A stretch of 64,000 nucleotides of DNA from Alphaproteobacteria bacterium (GTDB taxonomy: Bacteria; Pseudomonadota; Alphaproteobacteria; Rs-D84; SZUA-605). The position numbers were made by a program, and so were the translations under genes. Location of the stretch: the NCBI GenBank assembly GCA_031549385.1, contig JAVBPW010000006.1:27935-91934 (forward strand). The letters run 5' to 3'. Positions 47,310-58,168 of this stretch are shown here, piece by piece. A model generated the notes under the pieces. That model was not told where the DNA came from. It was given only the letters and a program-made list of their open reading frames with translations, and did no database searches. Numbering within the stretch: the stretch's first letter is position 1; every line of letters begins with the position of its first letter.

Positions 47310-48662
47310 ATGGGAAATATTTGGGAACAAGTTCAAGATCTTTTAAAAGCTCAATTGGGAAATAGTTCTTTTGCATCTTGGCTTTCACCTTTGAAATTTG
47401 AAAATTTCGAAAATGGTAACCTTTGCCTTTCTGCTCCTAATAGATTTATTGCTGATTTTTGTGCACAAAATTATAAAGATGAAATTCTTTCTTGCTTGAA
47501 TGCTAAATTTAACGATATTATTGATGTTAATTTTTCTGTGTGCGCTGTTATTAAAAATAATAACGAATCATGCCCTCTTCCTGAATTTAAACCACAAGAA
47601 AAAGTTGAAGAAAGCAAACAAGAAAATCCTTCTTGGTTCTTACAATCTGTTTTAAAAGAAGAATGGACTTTTGAAAATTTTGTTGTTGATGAAACTAATG
47701 AATTTGCTTATAAAGCTTGTATGAAAATTGCACAAAGCACAGACTTTGCTTATAATCCTGTATTCTTATATGCTGGAATTGGTTTGGGTAAAACTCATCT
47801 TTTACATGCTATTGCAAATTATATTGCTAAAAATGAACCTTGCCGAAAAGTTCTTTATATTTCTGCAAGACAATTTGCTAATACTTATGTTAAGTCTATT
47901 TATGAAAAAAATACTACTTACTTTAAAGAACAATTTTCTCAATATGACGTTTTACTTATTGATGATTTACAATTTCTTGATGGAAAAAAATCTACTCAAG
48001 ATGAATTCTTTGGAATTTTGTCAGAATTGACTTTTTTAGGCAAACAAGTTGTGCTTGCTGGAAATAGAAGTTTATCTTCCTTAACTCAATTCGACAAAAA
48101 ATTAAAATCTTGCATTATTTCTGGTCTTTCTTTAGACATTGCTAGACCTGGTTATGATGCAAGACTTAAAATACTTGAAGCTAAACAAAAATTATTCAAA
48201 TCATTTATTGAAGCTAAACACCTTGAACTTATTGCTCGTACTATTTCTTCTAATGTTCGTGAATTGGAAGGAGCTATGAGAAGAATCGTTGCTTATCAAG
48301 AACTAAGTGGCGCTTTAATCACTGAAGATGTTATTCAAAATGTTTTGAGAGATATGGTTACTCCAGATAATAAAGAAATCAACGCTGATGAAATTATTAA
48401 AAAAGTATGCAACTATTTTGATGTGGCGGTTTCTGATGTACTTGGAGCTAAACGAGAAAAGAAAATATGCTATTGCAGACAAATTGCTATGGCTATGGTA
48501 AAAGACCTTACAAAACACTCATTTCCTGAAATCGGTAAGAAGTTCGGAAACAAGGATCACACTAGCGTTATGTACTCTTGCCGCCAAATTGAAGCTAAAA
48601 AAGAGTATGAACCACGTATTACTACAGATATGGAAAATATAAAAGAAGCTTTAAATATCTGA
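47310..48662 (+). CDS. dnaA: Chromosomal replication initiator DnaA
   Basis: TFENFV, YNPVFLY.G.GLGKTHL, LLIDDLQF, NVRELEG, FG.KDHTSV. Confidence 0.94.
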   Translation: MGNIWEQVQDLLKAQLGNSSFASWLSPLKFENFENGNLCLSAPNRFIADFCAQNYKDEILSCLNAKFNDIIDVNFSVCAVIKNNNESCPLPEFKPQEKVEESKQENPSWFLQSVLKEEWTFENFVVDETNEFAYKACMKIAQSTDFAYNPVFLYAGIGLGKTHLLHAIANYIAKNEPCRKVLYISARQFANTYVKSIYEKNTTYFKEQFSQYDVLLIDDLQFLDGKKSTQDEFFGILSELTFLGKQVVLAGNRSLSSLTQFDKKLKSCIISGLSLDIARPGYDARLKILEAKQKLFKSFIEAKHLELIARTISSNVRELEGAMRRIVAYQELSGALITEDVIQNVLRDMVTPDNKEINADEIIKKVCNYFDVAVSDVLGAKREKKICYCRQIAMAMVKDLTKHSFPEIGKKFGNKDHTSVMYSCRQIEAKKEYEPRITTDMENIKEALNI

Positions 48663-48694
48663 TTTTCATTATAATTTTAATCTTTCATAAAAAC

Positions 48695-48750
48695 TTGACA
48701 AATATTAAGTTTAGTACTATATTAATAGTATAAACTTAATAAATATATAT
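48695..48750 (+). promoter_or_regulatory. Cassette promoter and AAACTTAA leader
   Basis: TTGACA-17-TATATT; motif at 48732. Confidence 0.78.
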
Positions 48751-49020
48751 ATGAACTCACAACAAAACGGGACGCCTCAAGTTCTTATTGAGCTCCCACA
48801 AACGCCGACCTTTATGGTCAAAGATTTGAAAACCAATAAGACACTCGAAGTGTCTTACAGTATCAACGAACAACAATATGAAGAGCTTAGAGCTCTTGAT
48901 ATTACGTTAACAAAAGAAAACTTCATAAACCTCCCACGAGGCGTAAAGAAGTTTGTTAATGGAGTCAAGTTACTCCGTTGCAGTTGGGACTGTTACTTTT
49001 TGGAATTCAACGTTTGTTAA
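48751..49020 (+). CDS. Hypothetical protein (cassette gene)
   Basis: 89-aa ORF; terminator GGGGCC-TTTC-GGCCCC at 49028-49050. Confidence 0.75.
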   Translation: MNSQQNGTPQVLIELPQTPTFMVKDLKTNKTLEVSYSINEQQYEELRALDITLTKENFINLPRGVKKFVNGVKLLRCSWDCYFLEFNVC

Positions 49021-49048
49021 ACATTCAGGGGCCTTTCGGCCCCCTTTT

Positions 49049-51406
49049 TTATCTTAATTTTAAACCTTGTTTATCGGCGGTTTCTATTATCTTTTTACTT
49101 AATGTTTCCAAATCACTGTCAGTTAATGTTTTTTCAAATGGTTGAATCTTTACATTAATTGCTAATGACTTTGTTCCATCTTTCATATCATAATTATCAA
49201 ATACTGATACACCTGAAATTAATGTGTCCAATGATTTTACTTTTGAAATTAATTCAATGGACGCAAAATCAAATGGAGCTATGAAAGCAAAGTCTCTTTG
49301 AACTTCTTGGAATTGTGATAGTTTTAATTCTGGAAGTGCTGTTTGCTTCTTTTCCTTTATAGGCAATTTTTCTTGATTTATTTGAAAGAATACTACGTCA
49401 CCTTTTATATCAAATTTCTTTAATATAAATGGATGAATTTGACCAAAGGATGCTATTTCAATATTTCCTAACATAACTTTTGCAAATCTTTTTGGATGAG
49501 CGTATTTGCATGAACTGTCTTGGACTATTTTTACTTTTTGTGATAGACCAAAAGCATTTAATACAGAAAATAATTTTTCTTTTGCATCAAATACATCGTA
49601 ATTTTTTTCATTATGTTGCCAGCTTTTTTCATGATTTAAACCTGTTAAAATTCCGCATGTTACTGTTTCTTGTTCACCTGGGTTTGAACCCTCAAAAATT
49701 GGACCAGTCCTGAATAATGGTAAATTAAAATTACCTTTGTTTTGATTGTAATTTACTGACTTTAACAAATTAATCAAAAGTGTTTTTTGTAGAGTGTCAA
49801 ATGTGTCTACTATTGGGTTTTGAATTTCTACCATTTCATCTGTGAATAATTTTTGTATTTCTGAATGAACAAATGACCATGATAGTGTTTCATATAAACC
49901 TAATGAACATAGAGCTCTTTTGATTTTGATTTCTACTATTTGTTCTGTAGTCCATGTTGGACGCAAAATATTAGTTCTGTCCAATGGAGCTGGAGTTAAT
50001 TTATCATATCCATATATTCTTATTAATTCTTCTGTTATATCATAATGATAATTTAAATCTTGTCGAAAAGATGGAGGAGTAATTGTTAAATTATCACCCT
50101 TTTCTTTTACTTCACAGCCTAAATTTTGTAAAATTTTTACAGAAAGTTTTTTATCAATATCTATACCAATTAACTTTTTGAATTGTGATAAATTATAGTC
50201 TATTTTTCTTTCATCTTTTGGAAGTGTTCCTAATTCTTTTACTGATGAAATTTTACCACCACAATTTTCTTTAATTAATGATGCGGCCAATTTCAATCCT
50301 GGGAGAGCTGATAATGGATCTACCCCTCTTTCAAATCTGAACTTTGCATCTGATTCTATTTTTAATTCTCTTGCAGTTCTTCTTATTTCTGATGGAACTA
50401 AGGTTTCACAAATAAGCAAAATATTTTTTGTGTTTTCATCACAACCTGTTGCTTTGGCACCCATAATTCCACTTAATAGTTGAACACCATTTTCATCTGC
50501 TAATACACAATGAGTTTTTGATAGTATGTATTCTTTGTCGTCTAGACCAACAAACTTTTCACCTTCTTTTGCATAACGAATTGAAATTTTTCCTTTCAAT
50601 TTATCTGCATCAAATGCATGCATTGGACGGCATTGGTCTATGGTTTCATAATTTGTTATGTCTATTAAAAATGATTTTGGATTTATACCAATTGCTTTTA
50701 ATCTTGAAGTATATGGTTCTGGAGATACCTTGTTTTTAACATCTTTAATTTGAACACATACAAAGTATGGGCAAACTTCTTTTGCTTCGAGTTTAATATC
50801 TGTATCAAATTCAAAATCCTTTTTTAATTCTGGAGTTTTTAATAGAATGAACTCACCACAATCTGCTGCTGATAAATCACGTGCTATACCAATTACACTT
50901 AAATAATCTACACGATTTGGTGTTATTTCTCCATCAAATACTGCGTCTGATTTTAAATATTTTAATGCTGAGTCGCCATGCTTTGCTGATGATGGTAATT
51001 CTATGATACCTTCATGAGAATCTGAAATTAATAATTCTTTTTCAGAACATAACATACCTTCTGAGTCTACACCTCTTATCTTTGATGCTTTAAGTTTTTC
51101 TTTGTAAGCTGGGATTTCGTCACCTACTCTTGCTAATACTGATTTCAATCCAACTTTAACATTTGGAGCACCACATACTATATTATATGTATCTTTTCCT
51201 GCTTGAACTTTTAGCACATGCAACTTGTCTGCATTTGGATGATTTGAAACTTCTAATATTTCACCAACTATAAAATTCTTTACATTCTCTGATGCGTCGT
51301 TTAGGTCTTCAATTTCTAATCCTATTAGTGATAATTTATCCGCTAATTCTTTTGGACTTTTTTCTGTCTTTAAATAAGTCTTTAACCAATCATATGTGAA
51401 TTTCAT
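49049..51406 (-). CDS. pheT: Phenylalanyl-tRNA synthetase beta subunit
   Basis: HPNADKL, IVCGAPNV, ITPNR.D, RFERGVDP, RDFAF. Confidence 0.96.
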   Translation of the reverse strand: MKFTYDWLKTYLKTEKSPKELADKLSLIGLEIEDLNDASENVKNFIVGEILEVSNHPNADKLHVLKVQAGKDTYNIVCGAPNVKVGLKSVLARVGDEIPAYKEKLKASKIRGVDSEGMLCSEKELLISDSHEGIIELPSSAKHGDSALKYLKSDAVFDGEITPNRVDYLSVIGIARDLSAADCGEFILLKTPELKKDFEFDTDIKLEAKEVCPYFVCVQIKDVKNKVSPEPYTSRLKAIGINPKSFLIDITNYETIDQCRPMHAFDADKLKGKISIRYAKEGEKFVGLDDKEYILSKTHCVLADENGVQLLSGIMGAKATGCDENTKNILLICETLVPSEIRRTARELKIESDAKFRFERGVDPLSALPGLKLAASLIKENCGGKISSVKELGTLPKDERKIDYNLSQFKKLIGIDIDKKLSVKILQNLGCEVKEKGDNLTITPPSFRQDLNYHYDITEELIRIYGYDKLTPAPLDRTNILRPTWTTEQIVEIKIKRALCSLGLYETLSWSFVHSEIQKLFTDEMVEIQNPIVDTFDTLQKTLLINLLKSVNYNQNKGNFNLPLFRTGPIFEGSNPGEQETVTCGILTGLNHEKSWQHNEKNYDVFDAKEKLFSVLNAFGLSQKVKIVQDSSCKYAHPKRFAKVMLGNIEIASFGQIHPFILKKFDIKGDVVFFQINQEKLPIKEKKQTALPELKLSQFQEVQRDFAFIAPFDFASIELISKVKSLDTLISGVSVFDNYDMKDGTKSLAINVKIQPFEKTLTDSDLETLSKKIIETADKQGLKLR

Positions 51407-51407
51407 C

Positions 51408-52445
51408 TTATAGCCCTTCTGTTTGTGATGGAGTTTTTAAATGTGTGAACCCATAATGTTTTAACCAACGTATGTCATTTTCTACGAATGCTCTTAAATC
51501 TGGAAGCCCGTATTTTGTCATTACTAAACGGTCTATCCCCATTCCAAATGCAAAGCCTTGGTATTTTTCTGGGTCTATACCACAATTTTTTAAAACGTTT
51601 GGATGTACCATTCCTGCACCCATTAATTCCATGTAGGTATTTCCTTGTCCTACTAAAATTTTGCCGTCTTTTCTTTCATACAATACATCAATTTCTATTG
51701 ATGGTTCTGTAAATGGAAAGTCATGTTGACGAAGACGAATTGGAACATCGTCTACTTCAAAGAATGATTTTAGGAAATCTTTTAATACTGAAACTAAATT
51801 ACACAGTGTTATATTTTCACCTATTAGCAATCCTTCACATTGGTGGAACATCGGAGCGTGAGTTGCGTCCATGTCTACACGATATACTCTGCCGGGGCAA
51901 AATATTTTTACTGGACCTTTTTCAATTTCCATTTTTCGTATTTGAACTGCTGATGTTTCTGTTCTTAACATGTTTAGCGAATTCTTTAAGAAGAATGATG
52001 AATTACGATCACGAGCTGGGTGATCTTGTGGAATATTTAGGGCTGTGAAATTATGCCAGTCATCATCTATGTCTGGACCTGTTGCTATTTCAAATCCCAT
52101 TTTTCCAAGAATTGCTGAAATTTCATTTATTCCTTGTGTCACTGGATGAAGTGTTCCAAAATTTTCATCGTTTACTGGAAGGGTTAAATCGCTGAATTCT
52201 TTTTGGATTTTTGCATCCATTTCTTGTTTTTCTAATGTTTCTTTTTTAGATGAAAAGATTTCTTCAAATTTTGACTTTAATTGATTAAGGTCTGCACCTT
52301 TTTTCTTTTTTTCTTCATCTGGCAGAGAACCCAATGATTTTAATTCTTGAGTCAGAATTCCATTTTTACCTAAGAATTCTACTCTTAAGTCTTCAAGTTC
52401 CTTGTTTGTGGAAACTGATTGCAATTTTTTTAATATATCTTCCAT
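51408..52445 (-). CDS. pheS: Phenylalanyl-tRNA synthetase alpha subunit
   Basis: HPAR, GRVYR.D.DATH.PMFHQ.EG, FPFTEPS, GFAFGMG. Confidence 0.96.
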   Translation of the reverse strand: MEDILKKLQSVSTNKELEDLRVEFLGKNGILTQELKSLGSLPDEEKKKKGADLNQLKSKFEEIFSSKKETLEKQEMDAKIQKEFSDLTLPVNDENFGTLHPVTQGINEISAILGKMGFEIATGPDIDDDWHNFTALNIPQDHPARDRNSSFFLKNSLNMLRTETSAVQIRKMEIEKGPVKIFCPGRVYRVDMDATHAPMFHQCEGLLIGENITLCNLVSVLKDFLKSFFEVDDVPIRLRQHDFPFTEPSIEIDVLYERKDGKILVGQGNTYMELMGAGMVHPNVLKNCGIDPEKYQGFAFGMGIDRLVMTKYGLPDLRAFVENDIRWLKHYGFTHLKTPSQTEGL

Positions 52446-52524
52446 TTTTACCTTCCTAAAATTTAAAAAAGAGCTTTATTGAAAAGCTCTTTTAGTATAT
52501 AAGTGATTTAAGCTTTTCGCAACT

Positions 52525-52890
52525 TTATTTTGCTGAAGCTGTAAATCGTTTTGCATTGTCAGCAATTTTTGCGAATTCTTGAGGATTGTTGATTGCTAAT
52601 TCAGATAATACTTTTCTGTCTAGTTCAATTCCTGCTTTCTTTAATCCACCCATTAATTGTGAATATGTTAATCCGCAAAGACGAGCACCAGCGTTGATTC
52701 TTTGTACCCATAATGCTCTGAATGTTCTTTTTTTAGCTTTACGATCGCGATATGCGTATTGCATTGATTTTTCAACAGCTTGTTTTGCTGTTTTAATACA
52801 TGATTTACGACGACCACGAAAGCCTTTTGCTCTTTCTAATACTTTTTTATGTTTTGCGTGTGATGTAACGCCTCTTTTTACTCTTGCCAT
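52525..52890 (-). CDS. rplT: 50S ribosomal protein L20
   Basis: MARVKRGV...YAYRDR...FRALW..RINA. Confidence 0.97.
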   Translation of the reverse strand: MARVKRGVTSHAKHKKVLERAKGFRGRRKSCIKTAKQAVEKSMQYAYRDRKAKKRTFRALWVQRINAGARLCGLTYSQLMGGLKKAGIELDRKVLSELAINNPQEFAKIADNAKRFTASAK

Positions 52891-52900
52891 TTCTTACCCC

Positions 52901-53101
52901 CTACGCGCCATATGGTGTGAATCGTTTGATAGCTTTCATGAAGCAAGATTTTAAATAATTTGCTTTTCTGTTAGCTGTGTTTGCTCTTTTTGTTTTCTTG
53001 GTTTTGAAGTGGTGGCAGTTTGAACGTGACACTTTCGCTTTACCTGATGCGGTAAATTTTACCTTACCTTTTAGGCAAGATTTTGTCTTTAGTTTAGGCA
53101 T
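52901..53101 (-). CDS. rpmI: 50S ribosomal protein L35
   Basis: MPKLKTKS...TASGK; upstream of rplT. Confidence 0.92.
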   Translation of the reverse strand: MPKLKTKSCLKGKVKFTASGKAKVSRSNCHHFKTKKTKRANTANRKANYLKSCFMKAIKRFTPYGA

Positions 53102-53224
53102 TTTATGCTCCTTTTTTAAGCAGTTACGAAATAAATACGGCAGCCTATATCTGGCCGATTTATTAATTAAAACTGTTTCAGTATACGGTTTTTGTTTGAT
53201 TTTGCAAGAGAAATTTCAATTTTA

Positions 53225-53296
53225 TTGACAAAAATACTTTTGAAAACTATAGTTGGCTTAATATCTAAAATTTCTAAACTTAAAAAATCAAAAAAT
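53225..53296 (+). promoter_or_regulatory. Cassette promoter and AAACTTAA leader
   Basis: TTGACA-17-TATAGT; motif at 53276. Confidence 0.78.
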
Positions 53297-53701
53297 ATGT
53301 ATTCTATTATCTCAAGATGTAGGAGAAAGCCTGAAGTAGTGGTTACCACTGTGAAAAACATAAAAGAACCACATCCTGCTTATAAAATTGAGCATGAAGT
53401 GGCTTATGAAGTAACAGGACGGGTTGAAAGAATAACTGAACCCATTGTTGCTGAATGCCCTGTTAAGAGAAAACAAATAATTTCATTCATCATCTTTTTA
53501 GAAGGTGGATATTCATTTGCTTTTTATTTTGAGGCTATTGATGACTATGGCTGTGGTAATGTTAGGCTTGTTAAGCCCGGTGATGTAATTTCCTTTGAAG
53601 TTTATTATTATAAAGACACCTTTAAAGTGAGAAGTTTTGAAAACAAAATGTGTTTTGCTAAAAATCGACATACTTTAGACAATAAAATTTATTATTACTG
53701 A
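53297..53701 (+). CDS. Hypothetical protein (cassette gene; start moved to MYSIIS)
   Basis: ATG 21 nt after the motif; the longer track start would run through the promoter. Confidence 0.72.
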   Translation: MYSIISRCRRKPEVVVTTVKNIKEPHPAYKIEHEVAYEVTGRVERITEPIVAECPVKRKQIISFIIFLEGGYSFAFYFEAIDDYGCGNVRLVKPGDVISFEVYYYKDTFKVRSFENKMCFAKNRHTLDNKIYYY

Positions 53702-53735
53702 TAGTATTAATCTTATAGTTAAAAAATTTAAAAAA

Positions 53736-54110
53736 ATGGCTAAATTTACTGAAAAGTATATTGGGGAAGTTATGGGGTTGAATGTTTTAGGTAAACAACT
53801 TTTAATTCTTGGTATCGTAGTTATCTTAATTATTGCTTTTTTGAGTATTAATATATCAAATGATAATAAACATAAAGAAGCAAAATTTAAAGCACAACTG
53901 GAACAGTCTGGAGATACTTTGGTTGTAAAAAAGGTTATTTACCCTGGGGGATTTAGAATAGTTGTGTTATTTGAAGATGACATAATTGGAGTTACTTGTC
54001 CCGATGAAAATGAACACCTTTTTAAAAATTCAAAAAGGATTATTCCTGGTAATAAACTTAATATTATCTTTACAGATAGTGTTAATTTTATAGTTAAAAA
54101 ACACCTATAA
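53736..54110 (+). CDS. Hypothetical single-TM protein (cassette-type leader)
   Basis: SD-less AAATTTAAAAAAATG leader; TM helix; terminator 54114-54136. Confidence 0.72.
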   Translation: MAKFTEKYIGEVMGLNVLGKQLLILGIVVILIIAFLSINISNDNKHKEAKFKAQLEQSGDTLVVKKVIYPGGFRIVVLFEDDIIGVTCPDENEHLFKNSKRIIPGNKLNIIFTDSVNFIVKKHL

Positions 54111-54134
54111 TTTGGGAGCTAATGCTCCCTTTTT

Positions 54135-54434
54135 TTATTTCTTTAATTTTGCATCATAGGTTACTGCTGATACATAGGAAAAGATTACATTTTGATCTTT
54201 GTCTAGTTCTACAAATGTTATGAATTCTGCATTGTTTATTACTTCAACAACTTCTTTATCAAAATATGTGAATACTATGTCTTGAGTTTCATCTCTGTAT
54301 AAGACGCCTATATCCTTTCTGTTGAAGGCAAATATTGGAGTTTGATATGGGTCGTTTGGAAAGTGTGGAAGAACAAATATTATCTCTTTATTCTTTCTTA
54401 TAATTACATCAAAAAATGGGATAATTATACGCAT
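54135..54434 (-). CDS. Hypothetical protein
   Basis: 99-aa ORF with AAGGT RBS-like sequence. Confidence 0.65.
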   Translation of the reverse strand: MRIIIPFFDVIIRKNKEIIFVLPHFPNDPYQTPIFAFNRKDIGVLYRDETQDIVFTYFDKEVVEVINNAEFITFVELDKDQNVIFSYVSAVTYDAKLKK

Positions 54435-54536
54435 ATTTGAAATATTTTACCTTTTTTTGCTTGTATTATCAACCAATTGGTATTATGTATACATATAAAT
54501 ATAACTTTTATGAAAGAAACACAAGGGAAAATTTTA

Positions 54537-55844
54537 ATGAAAAGATTTTTATTTGCAGTATGCATACTTTTCTGCTTTAATAGCCAAGCTGAAACATTAT
54601 TAGATGTTTTTGAATATTCTTATAAAAATAATCCTAAGATTGCTGCTGATTTGAAAAAAATTCAATTGAATACTTATAATAAGGCTGATGCTCGCGGTGC
54701 ATTTTTGCCTACATTAGATGTTTTTGCTCAAGCTGAATATGATAAGTCTACTACTGAGATTTCTGGGAATCCTGCTTTTGCTGGGAAGATGGAATCCGAA
54801 TCTAAACCTTTCGCTTATGGAGCTAATGCTGAACAAGCATTGTTTGCTGGTGGATCTAATGTGGCTAATTACAATGCAACCTCTTCTTCTGTTAAAGCAC
54901 AAAACGAAATGTTGAATTATGAAATCGGTGGACTTTTAATTGAAGTGGCTGAATCTTATATCGATGTTTTACAAACAAAAAAAAGTGTTGTGTTTTTTAC
55001 TAAATCAAGAGATGTTTTAGAAACTAATGTGAAGATTGCTAAATTACGTTTTAAAAATGGAACTACTCCTAAAACTGATTTACTCAGAACTGAAGCTTCT
55101 TTTGCTGCAACAAAAGCTGATTTATCAAGAGCTGAAGGTAATTATAATATAGCTGTGCAAAAATATATTAGCTATGTTGGAAAAGAACCTCCTGCAAATT
55201 TGACTATGCCAAAAATTTTATCTAAACACGTTTATAAAAATTTCGAAGAATATTATGACGATGTTCTTAAATTTAACCCTAGCTTGAAAGCTGCTGGACT
55301 TTCTAAAGATGCTGCTGATAGTTCTGTAAATGCTGCGCGTGGTAAGTTTTTACCTAAAGTTGTGGCTCGTGCTTCTTATAGTAATTCAACAAATAATACT
55401 ATGATGGGTATGAATATGGATAATACTGATGCTAAGATTGGAGTTTATGCTGTGCTTCCTCTTTTCAATAGAGGTTTGACTGCTAATGAAATGAGAAAGT
55501 CTTTGGTTAATCAAGAAATTGCATATCTTAATGAAAAAAGTTCTTTAGAAGATGTTGCTCTTTATGCTCAAAATGCTTGGGAAAATTGGAATACTTATCG
55601 TGAAGTTAAGGTGGCTGCTGAGGAAAAAGTTAAAGCACTTTCTACTGCTATGACTGGTGTGCAATTAGAAGCTAAGATTGGAAGAAAATCTTTCGTTGAT
55701 GTGCTTCAAACTCAACAAGAATATATTGCTGCTGAACTTGAACTGCTTAATGCTGAAAAACAGGAATTAATATCCTATTTACAAATGCAACAATTAGTTG
55801 GTAAAATGACTATCAAAGATTTGAAGGATTTGAAATATGACTGA
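54537..55844 (+). CDS. tolC: TolC family outer membrane protein (start moved to MKRFLF)
   Basis: Signal peptide SQA-ETL; NP, FLPTL, Q.LF.GG, PLFNRG, G.KSFVDVL. Confidence 0.88.
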   Translation: MKRFLFAVCILFCFNSQAETLLDVFEYSYKNNPKIAADLKKIQLNTYNKADARGAFLPTLDVFAQAEYDKSTTEISGNPAFAGKMESESKPFAYGANAEQALFAGGSNVANYNATSSSVKAQNEMLNYEIGGLLIEVAESYIDVLQTKKSVVFFTKSRDVLETNVKIAKLRFKNGTTPKTDLLRTEASFAATKADLSRAEGNYNIAVQKYISYVGKEPPANLTMPKILSKHVYKNFEEYYDDVLKFNPSLKAAGLSKDAADSSVNAARGKFLPKVVARASYSNSTNNTMMGMNMDNTDAKIGVYAVLPLFNRGLTANEMRKSLVNQEIAYLNEKSSLEDVALYAQNAWENWNTYREVKVAAEEKVKALSTAMTGVQLEAKIGRKSFVDVLQTQQEYIAAELELLNAEKQELISYLQMQQLVGKMTIKDLKDLKYD

Positions 55845-56127
55845 TAATGTTGATAAAATTTTAAAGAATATTTCTAAAAAAATTAAAGAGGCTCAAAATA
55901 CTAAAAAAGAAGTTATTACATTAGAAGATGATACCCCTGCTGATGATCTTTTATTTTTATCTAATGACATGATTGTTTCTGATGGAAAAAATCAGGAAAG
56001 CCTTAATCTTGAAAAACAAGCCAAAATTATATGCTATGACATATATGAAAATTTAGACCTTGAAGAAGTTAATATGCGTGAGCTTTTTGAAGTAATCTAT
56101 CAATCTCTTAAAAATATCAACAAATAA
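55837..56127 (+). CDS. Short, divergent PopZ-like protein
   Basis: N-terminal helix VDKILKNISKKI resembles PopZ MEEILASIRRII; sits directly after tolC as popZ does in Alphaproteobacteria. Confidence 0.45.
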   Translation: MTDNVDKILKNISKKIKEAQNTKKEVITLEDDTPADDLLFLSNDMIVSDGKNQESLNLEKQAKIICYDIYENLDLEEVNMRELFEVIYQSLKNINK

Positions 56128-56157
56128 GGACCTGACGTCCACGCTTTAGTTTGAATC

Positions 56158-56229
56158 TTGACAAAATCATTTGTATCAAGTAATTTGGGTTTAATAAATA
56201 TTAGTCAAACTTAAAAAAATCAATTAATT
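56158..56229 (+). promoter_or_regulatory. Cassette promoter and AAACTTAA leader
   Basis: TTGACA-17-TAATTT; motif at 56207. Confidence 0.75.
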
Positions 56230-57402
56230 ATGGATATAAAATATGAATGTAGAAATATGGATCATGTTGAATTCATGACCCTTGTCAATGAACATGCTAT
56301 CATTAGCTTTCAATCAAATAGAGGTGGTAATTTTGCTGTAGTAAATACTTGGGGTGCCTTTGTATTTTTCTATCAAAAAGATGTGTATTTGTTTGAAGGA
56401 GCAACTGGCGCTGAAGTTTTCAAAAATGGATGGTTTAAAATTAAAAAGAATGGTTATTGGAAACTTTTTGATAGACAACTACACAATATTGAAGATAAGG
56501 TTTTGGATGTTAAAGTTGATTCTGTTTTGAACCTTCGGGCAATTTTTGATGAAAACTTGGAAGGATGGATAATCCGAGATAAACATGGAGCATTGATAGA
56601 TAATGAAGTCTTCAAAGATGTTAAATTTGGAAATAACGGTCTTTATGCCGGTGAAGAAAAACGTAGTCCTGGATCTTGGAAAGTATTTGATAAAAATTAC
56701 CAAAAGTACAAAAGAATTTGTATTACTTCAGTTGATTTTTATCCGGATGCTATCGTTGTTTTAGGCATGCTTTCAAGGAACAATATGGGTAATTATACAA
56801 CCTATTTCGAAATGTACAAAAACGGTGTTTTATACCTTTCAACTGAAAGGCGCGCTATTGCGGCTAAGATATTTCAAAACGGACAAATCGGTTATAAAAC
56901 CGAAGAGAGTAATTATCTTTGGCATGTGTGTGAAATTGTTGAGTTGAAAGGAATCAAGACTGTTCAAGCCTGGGATATGGAAATTGATACCTATGGTAAT
57001 ATTCTTTATAAAAGAAATGACGACGGGGGTTGGATTCTGAATTCCGTTTATCATGGATTTGATAAAGTTGTTACTTTTGAAGATGGATTTTGTGGACTTA
57101 GAATTATAGGGGATTCTATATTACAATATCAAGAAAACAGAGCCCGTGTTTCTATTGATGGACTTCGACAAGTTGTGCCGGTTGGAAATCAAGCTTTTCT
57201 TCTTAGGATATTTGAATATTTGATGATGATTGATTTTAAAAGAGATTATCATGATTACAAGCATAGCTTTCTTTCCATTTCAAATAAAGTTACTAAAGGG
57301 CGAGCTGAAGATTTCACTTTGACATACGCTAGGTTTATTGAAAGATATGCCACGCGAACGTCTAATGACTTCAAAATGGAACTGGAGAAAATCCTAAAAT
57401 AG
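56230..57402 (+). CDS. Hypothetical beta-rich repeat protein (cassette gene)
   Basis: Repeated GxWxxFD-like units; no SD. Confidence 0.8.
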   Translation: MDIKYECRNMDHVEFMTLVNEHAIISFQSNRGGNFAVVNTWGAFVFFYQKDVYLFEGATGAEVFKNGWFKIKKNGYWKLFDRQLHNIEDKVLDVKVDSVLNLRAIFDENLEGWIIRDKHGALIDNEVFKDVKFGNNGLYAGEEKRSPGSWKVFDKNYQKYKRICITSVDFYPDAIVVLGMLSRNNMGNYTTYFEMYKNGVLYLSTERRAIAAKIFQNGQIGYKTEESNYLWHVCEIVELKGIKTVQAWDMEIDTYGNILYKRNDDGGWILNSVYHGFDKVVTFEDGFCGLRIIGDSILQYQENRARVSIDGLRQVVPVGNQAFLLRIFEYLMMIDFKRDYHDYKHSFLSISNKVTKGRAEDFTLTYARFIERYATRTSNDFKMELEKILK

Positions 57403-57626
57403 TATTGTCGCATAATCTTATAATCTCAAGCTTAGTCTTGAGATTATTTTTTTATACTGCAGATTTCCGAGGGTTTTTAAAACTATAATTTGATAGTTTT
57501 ATAATTATCAAATGGCGCATAATTCTGTTTTTATTTTCAGACAATAATAATTTTAGTTGCTATTTTGAATTTCATACGATATATGTAATAGCAATAAATA
57601 AAGTCAAACTTAATAATCAAATATAT

Positions 57627-58148
57627 ATGGGATATAAAATTAAATCCTCTCCTGTTAATAATCAGGTTTGGGCAAAAAAACTTAAGTATGGTTGGAAATT
57701 CTTTGGAGTTTACAACGATTGGCTGAAGCATAGGTATTTAACCGTTGACTTCTTTGATAATGGCTACATTCTTTTGAGCCGGTATATAAATAAAAAAGAA
57801 CGGGAAATTCGATATACCCTTTTGAACAAAGATTTCGATTTCTTAGCTGAAAGTCTTAGTCCTATTACAGTCAGCGGTGACTTTTGGGGGATTAAGCACT
57901 TTAAGAACTATGAATTGTATGCTCCTGATAAAATCCTTATTTCTTATAGCTATGATGATTTTGTTGGATTTACAAAACACTATGCTGTTCATCATGTTCA
58001 AAGGTTAGAAGAAGGGTATGTGGAAATGGTATGGATTTTCGAATATAAAGGCGGATATAGCGAACAACTTGCCGATGTTGCACCTTCAGACTTTAAGCCT
58101 GAGGAAAAGAAGTATTTCTTTGAAGATCAATGGCATGAGCTGATTTAA
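57627..58148 (+). CDS. Hypothetical beta-rich protein (cassette gene)
   Basis: AAACTTAA at 57606; YGWKFFG; terminator 58149-58170. Confidence 0.75.
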   Translation: MGYKIKSSPVNNQVWAKKLKYGWKFFGVYNDWLKHRYLTVDFFDNGYILLSRYINKKEREIRYTLLNKDFDFLAESLSPITVSGDFWGIKHFKNYELYAPDKILISYSYDDFVGFTKHYAVHHVQRLEEGYVEMVWIFEYKGGYSEQLADVAPSDFKPEEKKYFFEDQWHELI

Positions 58149-58168
58149 GTCCCTGAAAAGGGGCTTTT

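Noticed and set aside
31949-57416. TTGTCGCATAA words at ~31950 and ~57405 (and TTTAACATAA at ~46621) as Xer/dif sites
   Set aside because: Only half-site resemblance; no matching partner arm at 6-bp spacing.
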